Shown: in pieces, positions 1 to 9,376 of the stretch
Position numbering within the stretch: the stretch's first letter is position 1
Layout of the letters: each line of letters starts with the position of its first letter
Assembly: GCA_012516535.1 (NCBI GenBank)
Contig: JAAYWP010000013.1
Location: 29,341 to 93,340 of the forward strand
Source: Syntrophomonadaceae bacterium
GTDB taxonomy: Bacteria; Bacillota; DSM-12270; Thermacetogeniales; Thermacetogeniaceae
Direction of reading: 5' to 3'
Length of the DNA: 64,000 bases
Translations under genes and position numbers: made by a program
Notes under the pieces: generated by a model
Told to the model about the DNA's origin: nothing
Databases searched by the model: none
The model's input: the letters and a program-made list of their open reading frames with translations, nothing else

Positions 1-329
1 CTGAATGTCCGGGCTTTTTCTACACCATTAGAGCGGGGGATACCCTTTTCAGTCTTGCCAACCGCTTCGGAACAACAGTGGAAGCCATACTTGAGGTAAA
101 CCCAGGCCTTGATCCCAGAAGTCTGCAAGTTGGACGGAGAATCTGCATTCCCAGCAGGCGCTGTCCCCAGGGGACATTTATCTATGTGGTCAGAAGGGGA
201 GATACTTTAACTGCCATTGCCCGGCAGTTTGGTACCACTGTTCAGGCAATAATCAGGGCAAACCCAGGGATCGATCCCAATCAACTGGCCATCGGACAGG
301 AAATATGTGTTCCTGGTTCTCCACAATAA
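1..329 (+). CDS. LysM-repeat peptidoglycan-binding protein (5' end outside window)
   Basis: Frame 3 is open from base 3. Two tandem LysM-like units are visible (GDTLFSLANRFGTTVEAILEVNPGLDP..VGRRICIP and GDTLTAIARQFGTTVQAIIRANPGIDP..IGQEICVP) with Cys-containing linkers. Stop codon at 327-329. Confidence 0.8.
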   Translation, partial: ECPGFFYTIRAGDTLFSLANRFGTTVEAILEVNPGLDPRSLQVGRRICIPSRRCPQGTFIYVVRRGDTLTAIARQFGTTVQAIIRANPGIDPNQLAIGQEICVPGSPQ

Positions 330-330
330 G

Positions 331-1074
331 CTATATTTCGCATTCTACCCAGACCAGACGGTGATCTGAGGTTTCACCTGTATCAGCAATCCCTGAGGCA
401 AGGGGTGTCACCCCTCTGCCAAATAAGAAGTCAATTCTGGCCCGGTAGGCAGGAGCAATAAATGAATCCCCCTCACCGGGCCCCAATTCTGCGAGGGGAA
501 ATACCCCAGTGAGCATTTCTTGAAAAGCTGCACTGCCCCTTCTTCCATTGAGGTCACCTCCCAAAATCAGGGGTACAGGAGGGGATAGCTCCCCCAGTGC
601 AGCTTTGATCATTTTTATTTCCTGCAGCCTTTGCTTTTCATCTTTCACAGACAGGTGAAATGCTCCTATACCAACCGGCTCATGGTCACAGAACAGCAGA
701 TGGGCAAAAAGAAAAACCCTCTTTTCTACTCTTTGGCCAGGTATTTCCAGTGAAAGCTTCAATACCTCCTGCAAAGGATAAGCAGCCAAAATGGCATTTC
801 CATAATATCCACCCAATAATTTAAAAGCAGGCGCAAAAAGAAAGAACCATTTCCTAGCTGTATGTTCCTCCAGTTTACTGGCGAGATATAGAGGTTGGTG
901 GACAAACATGCTGCGCAAATTTCTTAGATCAACCTCCTGGAGAGCAACAACCTGCAGCCCAGCCCGGTGGATCTCTTCTGCTATTTTGTCAAGTCTTTTT
1001 TTGTTAAGCATGACAGGAAAACCCTTTGCTCCCCTTCCTCCCTTTATATTCCAGGTTCCTATCCTCAGCTTCAA
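331..1074 (-). CDS. endonuclease/exonuclease/phosphatase (EEP) family protein
   Basis: N-terminal IGTWNIKGG, internal LQEVD, C-terminal SDHRLVWVE motifs typical of the EEP fold. TTG start preceded by GGAAAGGGG. Confidence 0.75.
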   Translation of the reverse strand: MKLRIGTWNIKGGRGAKGFPVMLNKKRLDKIAEEIHRAGLQVVALQEVDLRNLRSMFVHQPLYLASKLEEHTARKWFFLFAPAFKLLGGYYGNAILAAYPLQEVLKLSLEIPGQRVEKRVFLFAHLLFCDHEPVGIGAFHLSVKDEKQRLQEIKMIKAALGELSPPVPLILGGDLNGRRGSAAFQEMLTGVFPLAELGPGEGDSFIAPAYRARIDFLFGRGVTPLASGIADTGETSDHRLVWVECEI

Positions 1075-1373
1075 TCAATTAACCCCTTTCCTATTAAGCT
1101 CTCTATATTAAATTATGATTTATGGTCAAACTGTTCCAAAAAAATTTTTTCGCTCCTTTATTCATCATAATGTATAATTATTCCGCTTTATCTTATATTT
1201 AACGAAATTGTTATTGATTAATCGATGATTATCATGAATATCATCTATTTCTTCATCTCTTCAGCAGGAATTTGTCATTATTCATCAAATTATTTAAAAT
1301 AACTATGCAGGTCTATCAACCGGACGAGACTCGGTAGATAGCTCAAAAAAATTCATTAACAGGAGGATGAATC

Positions 1374-3002
1374 ATGTCACGAAAGAAGGTCATAGCCCTT
1401 TTTGTAGTGCTGACCTTCGTCTTCAGCTTTGTGTTAGCTGGCTGTGGCGGAGATCAGGCAACTACTGAGGGAGAAAAAGTAATCACCTACAACTTAGGTG
1501 CCAGTCCGGAAACACTGGACCCAACCATGTCTACAGGTTTGCCTGAAGCCACCATTCAAAGTGCACTTTTTGAAGGGCTTTACAGGTATAACGAAGACAA
1601 GGAACTTATTCCTGCAACAGCAGAAAAAGTGGAGATTTCCGAAGACGGCACCAAGTACACCTTCACCATCAGAAAGGATGCCAAGTGGAGCAATGGAGAT
1701 CCTGTAACCGCCCACGATTTTGAGTATTCCTGGAAGCGTCTGCTGGACAGAAACACAGCAGCTGAATACGCCTATCAGGGCTACTATATTAAGAATGGTG
1801 AAGAATTTAATCGCGGAGAGGCTAGCGCAGACGATGTTGCTGTGAAAGCCGTAGATGATTATACTTTAGAAGTTGAGCTAATAGCACCAACACCTTATTT
1901 CCTTGACCTTACAGCTTTTGCCAACTTCTTCCCGCTTCACAAAGAGACTGTTGAAGCCAACGAAAATTGGGCTTCCAACCCAGAGACAATGATCGGTAAC
2001 GGCCCATTTAAGATGGCTAGCTTCCAGGCCCAGGAAAAAATCGAAATGGTCAAGAATGAACACTACTGGGATGCAGAAAATGTCAAGCTGGACAAGCTGA
2101 TCATGACCTTTGTGGAAGATGCAAACACAGGATTAAGCATGTTCGAAAGCAACCAGATAGATATAGCGGAAAGTGTTCCTGTCAAGGACACCAAAAAGCT
2201 TATTGATGAAGGCAAAGCTGTTGCTTTCCCTGAACCATCCTGCTACTACTATATTTTCAACTGTGAAAAAGAGCCTTTTGACGATCCCAAAGTGCGCTTA
2301 GCTTTCAGCTATGCTATTAACCGCCAGGCCATTGTTGATAACATCACCCAGGCCGGGCAGGTACCAGCACTTGCTTTTACACCTTTGGGTTTCCCCGATG
2401 AGGCCCCAGACAAAGACTTCAGAGAGGTCGGTGGGGACTATTTCAAGGATAATGATGTAGAAAAAGCAAAACAGCTCTTGGCTGAGGCCGGTTACCCTGA
2501 TGGCAAGGGACTGCCTGAAATCGAGATTTTATACAACACAGATGAAGGACATCAGAAGATCGCTGAAGCTATCGCCCAGATGTGGAAAGATAACCTGGGT
2601 GCCAATGTTAAGCTGAGAAATGCTGAGTGGGGAGTCTACCTCAATGAGCGTGACGAAGGGAACTTCCAGGTGGCAAGGGCAGGCTGGGCGCCTGATTACA
2701 ATGATGCCATGTCCTTTATGGATATGCATGTTACAGATGGCGGCAATAACGATTCCTTCTGGAGCAATGAAGAATATGACAAACTGATCAGAGAAGCCAA
2801 AGCCAGCAATGATCAGAAGGTCCGTATGGAGAAAATGCATGCTGCCGAAAAGATCCTGATGGAAGAAATGCCTGTTGCTCCTATTTACTTCTATGTGAAT
2901 GTCAATATGTACAAACCATGGGTCAAAGGTGTGTTCACACCGCCATTCGGCAGTTACCAGGAGTTCAGATGGGCCGATGTGGATTTAAGCCAGAAAAAAT
3001 AG
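1374..3002 (+). CDS. ABC transporter substrate-binding lipoprotein, family 5 (oligopeptide/dipeptide type)
   Basis: AGGAGG RBS, signal peptide with lipobox LAGCGG, 542 aa, followed by OppBCDF-like genes. Confidence 0.9.
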   Translation: MSRKKVIALFVVLTFVFSFVLAGCGGDQATTEGEKVITYNLGASPETLDPTMSTGLPEATIQSALFEGLYRYNEDKELIPATAEKVEISEDGTKYTFTIRKDAKWSNGDPVTAHDFEYSWKRLLDRNTAAEYAYQGYYIKNGEEFNRGEASADDVAVKAVDDYTLEVELIAPTPYFLDLTAFANFFPLHKETVEANENWASNPETMIGNGPFKMASFQAQEKIEMVKNEHYWDAENVKLDKLIMTFVEDANTGLSMFESNQIDIAESVPVKDTKKLIDEGKAVAFPEPSCYYYIFNCEKEPFDDPKVRLAFSYAINRQAIVDNITQAGQVPALAFTPLGFPDEAPDKDFREVGGDYFKDNDVEKAKQLLAEAGYPDGKGLPEIEILYNTDEGHQKIAEAIAQMWKDNLGANVKLRNAEWGVYLNERDEGNFQVARAGWAPDYNDAMSFMDMHVTDGGNNDSFWSNEEYDKLIREAKASNDQKVRMEKMHAAEKILMEEMPVAPIYFYVNVNMYKPWVKGVFTPPFGSYQEFRWADVDLSQKK

Positions 3003-3035
3003 TTTATAGATCAATAATTAATAAATTAACAATGC

Positions 3036-3070
3036 GGGGGCATGCCGGCTGTATGCCCCCTTCTTTCTTA
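3036..3070 (+). terminator. intra-operon rho-independent terminator/attenuator after the binding-protein gene
   Basis: GGGGGCAT-N9-ATGCCCCC stem followed by TTCTTTCTT. Confidence 0.7.
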
Positions 3071-3121
3071 CATTCCCAAAAACCCTAGTTGTTGGGCAGA
3101 GAAACTGGAGGTGGTAAAAAG

Positions 3122-4051
3122 GTGTTCCGTTTTTTGGCACGACGGGTGGCAACCATTTTCCTTTCCCTCTTTTTTATTGTTACACTGACATTTTTTATGA
3201 TGAAGGCTATTCCCGGAGGGCCCTTTAAGAGTGAAAAAGCACTGCCACCCCAAATTGAACAAGCTATTAATGAAAAATATCACCTTGATGATCCATTATG
3301 GAAACAGTATCTAGATTATCTGGTGCGTACAGCCCGTTGGGATCTCGGGCCATCCTTTAAATACCAATACGTAACGGTCAATGACATTATCAGGGATTAT
3401 TTCCCTGTCTCCGCCCAACTGGGTGCTGTTTCAGTGATTCTGGCTCTGGGTTTGGGTATTAGTGCAGGAATCATTTCCGCACTCAAACAAAATCAGATCC
3501 AGGATTACGGTACTATGGTCCTGGCCACTTTAGGTTTTTCAGTCCCCAGTTTCGTTATCGCCGGCCTGCTCCAATATTTATTCGCCTATAAATGGCACCT
3601 GCTTCCACCTGCTATGTGGGGGTCATGGCAGAACATGGTGATGCCTGTTCTTTCACTGGCCACACTTCCCACATGTGTTATCGCCCGTTTGATGCGCACC
3701 AGCATGCTGGAAGTGCTGCAGCAGGATTATATTAAAACAGCCAGAGCCAAAGGTCTGCCTGCTCGCAAGATCATCACCGGGCATGTTTTAAGAAACGCCA
3801 TACTTCCGGTGGTCACATACCTGGGGCCCTTAATTGCTGCGATTTTCACAGGCAGTTTTATCATTGAGTACATCTTTGCTGTTCCAGGTTTAGGGCGTTC
3901 TTTTGTTACCAGCGTCCAGAACAGAGATTACACAGTAATAATGGGAACAACAGTTTTCTACAGCCTGTTCTTGATGATCATGAACCTGATCGTAGATATT
4001 GCTTATGCAATCATTGATCCCCGAATCAAGCTAGCTGACAGGAAGGAGTGA
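3122..4051 (+). CDS. Opp/Dpp-type ABC permease (OppB-like)
   Basis: Multi-TM protein with the binding-protein-dependent transport signature region (IKTARAKGL). GTG at 3122 follows GGAGGTGG. The track ORF starts at 3089. Confidence 0.85.
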   Translation: MFRFLARRVATIFLSLFFIVTLTFFMMKAIPGGPFKSEKALPPQIEQAINEKYHLDDPLWKQYLDYLVRTARWDLGPSFKYQYVTVNDIIRDYFPVSAQLGAVSVILALGLGISAGIISALKQNQIQDYGTMVLATLGFSVPSFVIAGLLQYLFAYKWHLLPPAMWGSWQNMVMPVLSLATLPTCVIARLMRTSMLEVLQQDYIKTARAKGLPARKIITGHVLRNAILPVVTYLGPLIAAIFTGSFIIEYIFAVPGLGRSFVTSVQNRDYTVIMGTTVFYSLFLMIMNLIVDIAYAIIDPRIKLADRKE

Positions 4052-4980
4052 TGGCTGTGGATCCTATTTCCAATTTGCTTTTTCAACCATTCAGCCATAA
4101 AATCGGTGAAGATGAGGCCATCGTCCGCCCCAGCACCACTTACTGGCAGGATGTCTGGTACAGGCTCAAACAGAATAAGGGTGCAATAGCCGGTCTGGTC
4201 ATCGTTCTGATCATGATAGTAATGGCCATTGTTGGCCCTTATTTGACCCCCTATAGCTATGACACCCAGAATTTGACTGCCGAATATACAAACCAGCCTC
4301 CTAGCTCTGCACACTGGTTCGGTACAGATGACCTGGGGAGGGATCTCTTCACCAGGGTTTGGCACGGTGCCCGCGTATCCCTACTGATCGGCTTTCTCAG
4401 CGCCCTGGTACAGTTTGTAATCGGGGTTACCTATGGGGGTATCTCAGGATACATAGGCGGCTGGGTTGATGAAGTAATGATGCGTATTGTGGAGATACTC
4501 AGCGGGATTCCCTTTTTGCTATATGTGATTTTGCTGATGGTAATTTTGGAACCGGGACTAAAAACCATTCTCATAGCACTAGGGGTTGTCTACTGGCTCT
4601 CTATGGCCAGATTGGTACGGGGGCAGGTATTGGCACTGAAAGAACAGGAATATGTTTTAGCAGCCAGGGCTTTGGGTGCAAGCCAATGGCGGATCATCTT
4701 CCGTCACCTGATCCCCAACTGTATGGGACCGATTCTGGTCTATTCAACACTGGCCATTCCGGAGGCTATATTTGCAGAAGCATGGCTGAGCTTTCTGGGG
4801 CTTGGTGTTTCAGCACCTGCAGCCAGTTTAGGAATGCTGGTCAGCGATGGCATCGGCGCTATCCGTCTCTATCCATATCAGCTGTTTTTTCCGGCTTTCT
4901 TTATCAGCTTAACAATTTTAGCTTTCAATATACTCGGTGACGGGCTGCGTGATGCACTGGACCCGCGGCTCAGGAAATAG
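4048..4980 (+). CDS. Opp/Dpp-type ABC permease (OppC-like)
   Basis: Overlaps the previous stop codon. Multi-TM, YVLAARALGA signature. Exact start ambiguous (4048, 4051 or 4057). Confidence 0.85.
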   Translation: MMAVDPISNLLFQPFSHKIGEDEAIVRPSTTYWQDVWYRLKQNKGAIAGLVIVLIMIVMAIVGPYLTPYSYDTQNLTAEYTNQPPSSAHWFGTDDLGRDLFTRVWHGARVSLLIGFLSALVQFVIGVTYGGISGYIGGWVDEVMMRIVEILSGIPFLLYVILLMVILEPGLKTILIALGVVYWLSMARLVRGQVLALKEQEYVLAARALGASQWRIIFRHLIPNCMGPILVYSTLAIPEAIFAEAWLSFLGLGVSAPAASLGMLVSDGIGAIRLYPYQLFFPAFFISLTILAFNILGDGLRDALDPRLRK

Positions 4981-4991
4981 GAGGGATCTAA

Positions 4992-6008
4992 GTGACAGCA
5001 CTATTAGAAGTAAAAGACCTGCGTGTTTCTTTCTTCATCCCGGCCGGTGAGGTCCAGGCTGTACGGGGTGTTAATTTCACTTTGGATAAGGGAGAGTCTT
5101 TGGCCATTGTCGGTGAATCCGGCTGTGGCAAGAGTGTGACCGCTCAATCCATTATGCGCCTGTTGCAGTCCCCTCCTGCCAAGATCGTCGGGGGTTCAAT
5201 CCTTTTTCAGGGAAAAGATATACTTAAACTCTCCGAAAGAGAAATGGAAAATGTGCGGGGTAATGAAATCGGTATGATCTTTCAGGACCCTATGACCTCT
5301 TTGAACCCCACAATGAAGATAGGAAAACAAATTGCAGAAGGGGTCAGGCTGCATTTTAAAGTAAGCAATGAAGAGGCAAAAAAACGCGCCCTGGAGATGG
5401 AAAATTTGGTAGGGCTGCCCCACCCTGAGCGCCGTTACGATCAGTATCCCCATGAGTTCAGCGGTGGTATGCGACAGAGGACAATGATCGCTATGTCCTT
5501 GGCCTGCGAGCCCAAGTTGGTGATCGCAGATGAACCCACAACAGCATTGGATGTCACCATTCAGGCCCAGATCCTGGAACTGATGAAAGATATCCAAAAG
5601 CGTCTGGATACAGCTATCATCCTCATCACACACGATCTGGGTATTGTTGCGGACCTCTGCCACCGGGTACTAGTGATGTATGCTGGTAAGATCATAGAAA
5701 GCGGAACTATTGAAGATATTTTTTATAATCCTCAACACCCGTACACATGGGGACTTCTGAAATCTGTCCCCAGCATTCATTCCCAGGAGAAACGCCGGCT
5801 GGTTCCCATCCCGGGTCAGCCGCCTGATCTGATAAAACCACCTGTTGGCTGTGCCTTTATGCCCAGGTGCAAGTATGCCATGAAGGTCTGTGTAGAACAT
5901 GACCCAACAGACTTTCAGATAACCGACAGTCACAAAGCCGCCTGCTGGCTGCTCCACCCTGCGGCTGCAGCAATTAAAGAGGCCGCTGAACTGGAGGCGA
6001 GAGCATGA
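4992..6008 (+). CDS. oligopeptide ABC ATP-binding protein (OppD-like)
   Basis: Walker A GESGCGKS, signature FSGGMRQR, Walker [14 protein letters not shown]-terminal Cys-rich oligopeptide-type extension. Confidence 0.9.
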   Translation: MTALLEVKDLRVSFFIPAGEVQAVRGVNFTLDKGESLAIVGESGCGKSVTAQSIMRLLQSPPAKIVGGSILFQGKDILKLSEREMENVRGNEIGMIFQDPMTSLNPTMKIGKQIAEGVRLHFKVSNEEAKKRALEMENLVGLPHPERRYDQYPHEFSGGMRQRTMIAMSLACEPKLVIADEPTTALDVTIQAQILELMKDIQKRLDTAIILITHDLGIVADLCHRVLVMYAGKIIESGTIEDIFYNPQHPYTWGLLKSVPSIHSQEKRRLVPIPGQPPDLIKPPVGCAFMPRCKYAMKVCVEHDPTDFQITDSHKAACWLLHPAAAAIKEAAELEARA

Positions 6009-6976
6009 ATAACAATGAAATAATTTTGGAGGTAAAAAATCTAGTAAAATATTTTCCCGTTGCTGGAGAAGCTTTTGGCAAATCATCCCTTTTGAAAGCT
6101 GTGGATGATGTGAGCTTTACTATCAAAAGAGGGGAAACCCTTGGTCTGGTTGGGGAAAGCGGCTGCGGTAAAACAACTGTTGGCCGCACCATTATTCGTC
6201 TCTATGAACCAACATCAGGAAAGGTCATTTTTAAGGGGAAAGATATCGTATCCGCTAAACCCAACGAGATGAAGAGCATCAGGCGCCAGATCCAGATGAT
6301 CTTTCAGGATCCCTATGCCTCCCTTAACCCCCGCATGACCGTGAGTGACATCATCGGAGAACCGCTGGATATCCACCAACTGGCCAAAGGGGATGCCCGT
6401 AAGAATCGGATCCATGAACTCCTGCAGATGGTTGGTCTCAACGCCGAACACGCCACCCGCTATCCTCACGAGTTCAGCGGTGGACAGCGCCAGCGCATCG
6501 GTATCGCCCGAGCACTGGCAGTGGAACCGGAATTCATCATCTGTGATGAACCCATTTCTGCACTGGATGTTTCCATCCAGGCACAGGTGATCAATTTGCT
6601 GGAGGAATTGCAGGAGAATTTAGGCTTGACCTACCTGTTTATCGCCCATGACCTGGCCATGGTCAAGCACATCAGCACCCGAGTAGCTGTGATGTATTTA
6701 GGGAAAATAGTTGAAATTGCAGACAGTCATGAATTGTTTGCCAATCCCCAGCACCCTTATACACAGGCGCTTCTCTCTGCGATCCCTACCCCGGATCCGA
6801 AGATAGCTAAAGAACATAAGCGCATCATTCTGGAGGGGGATGTGCCGAGCCCCATCGACCCTCCTGCAGGCTGCCGTTTCCACACACGCTGCAGGTTCGC
6901 AAAAGATATCTGCGCCCAACAAGTACCGGAGTTCAAAGGGGACAGTAAACACCAGGTAGCCTGTCATTTGATCTAA
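6005..6976 (+). CDS. oligopeptide ABC ATP-binding protein (OppF-like)
   Basis: Walker A GESGCGKT, signature FSGGQRQR, Walker [13 protein letters not shown]. 4-nt overlap with the upstream gene. Confidence 0.9.
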   Translation: MNNNEIILEVKNLVKYFPVAGEAFGKSSLLKAVDDVSFTIKRGETLGLVGESGCGKTTVGRTIIRLYEPTSGKVIFKGKDIVSAKPNEMKSIRRQIQMIFQDPYASLNPRMTVSDIIGEPLDIHQLAKGDARKNRIHELLQMVGLNAEHATRYPHEFSGGQRQRIGIARALAVEPEFIICDEPISALDVSIQAQVINLLEELQENLGLTYLFIAHDLAMVKHISTRVAVMYLGKIVEIADSHELFANPQHPYTQALLSAIPTPDPKIAKEHKRIILEGDVPSPIDPPAGCRFHTRCRFAKDICAQQVPEFKGDSKHQVACHLI

Positions 6977-6999
6977 TGCAAAAAACTTTATATTTCATA

Positions 7000-7030
7000 A
7001 AACCCACCGAGATGTGTGGGTTTTTTAATT
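7000..7030 (+). terminator. rho-independent terminator between convergent genes
   Basis: AAACCCAC-N8-GTGGGTTT stem followed by TTTTAATTTT. Confidence 0.7.
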
Positions 7031-7065
7031 TTCTATTGTTGGCAACAGTATTTATCTGTGGAAAA

Positions 7066-7509
7066 TTAATCGTAGATAATTATTCGATCAAAACCTTCCT
7101 GATAGGACGGCATCTCCAGTTCCTGCACCTTTTCCCAAATAACTTCCTCTGGAACCTTTTTCCCATGAGGTCTAGCCGCATTCCGCTTGAGCAGGACATC
7201 CGGGTCTTGAAGAAAAACAACAGCTTCTACAGCAGCATCATACTTTTTCGCCGTACTGATCAAAGGTTTACGGCGCTCGATTGTGGTATTAGTAGCATCA
7301 AAACACACCGTTTTTTCTGCCTGGAGAGCCGCCTCCAACCTTTCGTAGGCCAACTGCCAAACCGCAGGCTCCAACTTAGGGTCAAACTGAACCCCAAAAA
7401 CATCTCTCCTAATATCATCTGTGCTGATCACCACCCCCTCAAACTGGTGTAGCCAGGTTGATTTCCCTGCTGCCGGAGGGCCAATTAAAATTACCAGTTT
7501 TCCAGGCAC
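7066..7509 (-). CDS. P-loop polynucleotide 5'-kinase-like protein (T4 Pnk kinase-domain type, AAA_33-like)
   Basis: GPPAAGKSTW Walker A, STDDIRRD, DATN..ERRK and LKRNAAR motifs line up with my recollection of the T4 Pnk kinase domain. GTG start. 20 nt downstream of the PolDom gene. Confidence 0.6.
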   Translation of the reverse strand: MPGKLVILIGPPAAGKSTWLHQFEGVVISTDDIRRDVFGVQFDPKLEPAVWQLAYERLEAALQAEKTVCFDATNTTIERRKPLISTAKKYDAAVEAVVFLQDPDVLLKRNAARPHGKKVPEEVIWEKVQELEMPSYQEGFDRIIIYD

Positions 7510-7529
7510 CGAAGATCATACTCCTTTTG

Positions 7530-8453
7530 TCATTTTAAGGGAAGTTCCTGCTCCATAACAGCAACCGGAGCAAACAGGTCTCCATAGTGATTAAAACGTT
7601 CAATAACTTGCGCTGCTTCAAAAACCAGAAACTTCGCATTTTTATTTTTGATAACTTCTTCTACCTCATCCCATAGAACCGGAGTAGAAACAGTGGGTTT
7701 TTCCGCTGCCCTTAAAGAATAAACTGAAACCGTTGTTTTATGAAAATCATTCTGGCTCCAGTCAATAAAAACTTTTCCTTTACGCAGCTCTTTATTCATT
7801 TTAGAAACAACTAAATCGGGATGCCTTTCCTCAAGGAGTTCAGCACATGCCCTGGCAAACCCCTTTGTCTGCTCATAATTCACAGGCCGGTTAAGAGGCA
7901 CATAAACCTGCAGCCCTTTCAGCCCAGAAGTTTTAGGAAAACAGTGCAGTCCAAGGTCTCTCAGTATATCCCGCAGCATCTGCCCCACCAAACAGCACTC
8001 CACAATTGTCGCCGGCGGGCCCGGGTCCAAATCGAAAACCAAAACAGTTGGGGTAAAGGGATCTGTTCCTTTTGCCAGCGAGGGATGCAATTCTAGAGCC
8101 GCAAGATTCGCAGCCCAAATAAGTGAAGGTAGGTCATCCAAACTGCAATAGTTTATCTTCCTTTTATCACTGCTGACCGGAATAGTCTCTAACCATGATG
8201 GCCGGTGTTCAGGGCACTCCTTTTGATAAAAAAACTTGCTCTCAACACCATCAGGATACCGCTTCAGGGTTACCGGCCGGTCTTTTAGATGTACCAGCAA
8301 GGCAGGTGCAATAGCAATATAATATTTGATCACATCACCTTTTGTAAAACCGCTGCCTGGATAAAAAACCTTGTCCAGGTTCGACAACTGCAATTCCCTG
8401 CCCTCAATTGATATATAAGTTTTTTCTGATACAGGCATCTGACTCATCCCCAT
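7530..8453 (-). CDS. stand-alone LigD-type primase-polymerase domain protein (NHEJ PolDom)
   Basis: Motifs LVFDLDP, KTSGLKGLQVYVPL and KVFIDWSQN are characteristic of archaeo-eukaryotic primase-like LigD polymerase domains. No ligase or nuclease domain in the ORF. Confidence 0.85.
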   Translation of the reverse strand: MGMSQMPVSEKTYISIEGRELQLSNLDKVFYPGSGFTKGDVIKYYIAIAPALLVHLKDRPVTLKRYPDGVESKFFYQKECPEHRPSWLETIPVSSDKRKINYCSLDDLPSLIWAANLAALELHPSLAKGTDPFTPTVLVFDLDPGPPATIVECCLVGQMLRDILRDLGLHCFPKTSGLKGLQVYVPLNRPVNYEQTKGFARACAELLEERHPDLVVSKMNKELRKGKVFIDWSQNDFHKTTVSVYSLRAAEKPTVSTPVLWDEVEEVIKNKNAKFLVFEAAQVIERFNHYGDLFAPVAVMEQELPLK

Positions 8454-8526
8454 TGCTTTATAACATTAGTATGGCTGACAGCTCTCAGATAGATTCTCAG
8501 TGCCTTCCCTATTTACGGTACATGAC

Positions 8527-8557
8527 GCCGTTTTTTCGTTAATATGCCGTTTTTTCG
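8527..8557 (+). promoter_or_regulatory. direct repeat GCCGTTTTTTCG x2 (19-bp register), possible activator binding sites
   Basis: Exact 12-mers at 8527-8538 and 8546-8557. The second sits inside the palindrome TGCCGTTTTTTCGGCA. A third degenerate copy (GCCGTTTTTA) is at 8631-8640. Confidence 0.35.
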
Positions 8558-8672
8558 GCACATAATCATCCCAATTTATTTCCCACCTATGTCCAGCTAA
8601 ATACTCAGGACTTTGTACCTTTTGTAACAAGCCGTTTTTATTTTTTAATTTTTTTCTAAATCACCTGTTTGT

Positions 8673-8688
8673 TGGCATGCTATTTGCT
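8673..8688 (+). promoter_or_regulatory. candidate sigma-54 (-24/-12) promoter
   Basis: TTGGCATGCTATTTGCTT matches YTGGCACG-N4-TTGCW, with GG and GC 12 nt apart. It lies 56 nt upstream of the ATG at 8744. Confidence 0.55.
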
Positions 8689-8743
8689 TATATAAATAAG
8701 TGAAAAAAATAACAAGGCATCAGCCTGAAAGGAGTGGTATAAA

Positions 8744-8908
8744 ATGGCAGTGGTACTGAAGGAAGTCGTAAAAGAGAAAGAGGTTAAAAAGGAAAATTTA
8801 CAGTTAGCACCCAAACAGGAAAATAAAAAAATTCAGTATGAGTTCCCCTATGATGACCTGTATCTGCTCTACGACTACATCCTGAAAGAAATGAACACAA
8901 AAAAATAA
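8744..8908 (+). CDS. unannotated 54-aa ORF (MAVVLKEVVKEKEVKKENLQLAPKQENKKIQYEFPYDDLYLLYDYILKEMNTKK)
   Basis: ATG preceded by AAAGGAG at good spacing. Below the 60-aa cut-off of the ORF track. Lys/Glu-rich N-terminal half, Tyr/Asp-rich C-terminal half. Followed by a strong hairpin. Confidence 0.4.
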   Translation: MAVVLKEVVKEKEVKKENLQLAPKQENKKIQYEFPYDDLYLLYDYILKEMNTKK

Positions 8909-8912
8909 TATT

Positions 8913-9000
8913 AAAGGGCGAAAAACGACAACCCACGGACTGGAATAACTGCCGGCTGGAATTATTAATGACCGGCAGTTATTGTGTTTTTCGCCCCTTT
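8913..9000. other. 88-nt compound hairpin (outer 14-bp stem, inner perfect 12-bp stem)
   Basis: AAAGGGCGAAAAAC (8913-8926) pairs with GTTTTTCGCCCCTTT (8986-9000). AATAACTGCCGG (8944-8955) pairs with CCGGCAGTTATT (8972-8983). Confidence 0.6.
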
Positions 9001-9021
9001 GACCGACAACAGAAATAAAAA

Positions 9022-9071
9022 GAAGCTGCCGGTTGTTTTTATTTTGATTTGGGAGGTAAACCGACAGCTTC
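9022..9071 (-). other. 13-bp stem hairpin, probably read on the minus strand
   Basis: GAAGCTGCCGGTT pairs with AACCGACAGCTTC with one C.A mismatch on the plus strand. That mismatch becomes a G.U pair on the minus strand. Confidence 0.4.
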
Positions 9072-9376
9072 GGGGGCCGCTAGTTTATACTACTATTATA
9101 TCTATTATGCAATAATCATGCCAGAAAAATTCTTGCCTGCAGTTTAATGGAGATATGCTGCAGTTTAGAATACTGATTAAATTTGAAAATCAAATATGAA
9201 TGCTCTGCATAAAAATTGCTTCAACAGAAGCAGTACTAATATTGAAATCTGGCCCCTTTAGCGTGCCCCTGCAGAACAGAATAGAGCGCTTTCTATTTAT
9301 TAGCTCCATTCCTCTGCTTACCTCTCTATATTTATATCATATTCTAGATGAATTGTGGATCTCCTTCAAAAATAAT

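Noticed and set aside
1311-1356. Hairpin CTATCAACCG-N9-CGGTAGATAG followed by an A-run in the leader of the peptide-binding-protein gene.
   Set aside because: It is not followed by a T-tract on either transcribed orientation, so it is not a terminator. It may be a minor leader structure, but there is nothing to support a specific function.
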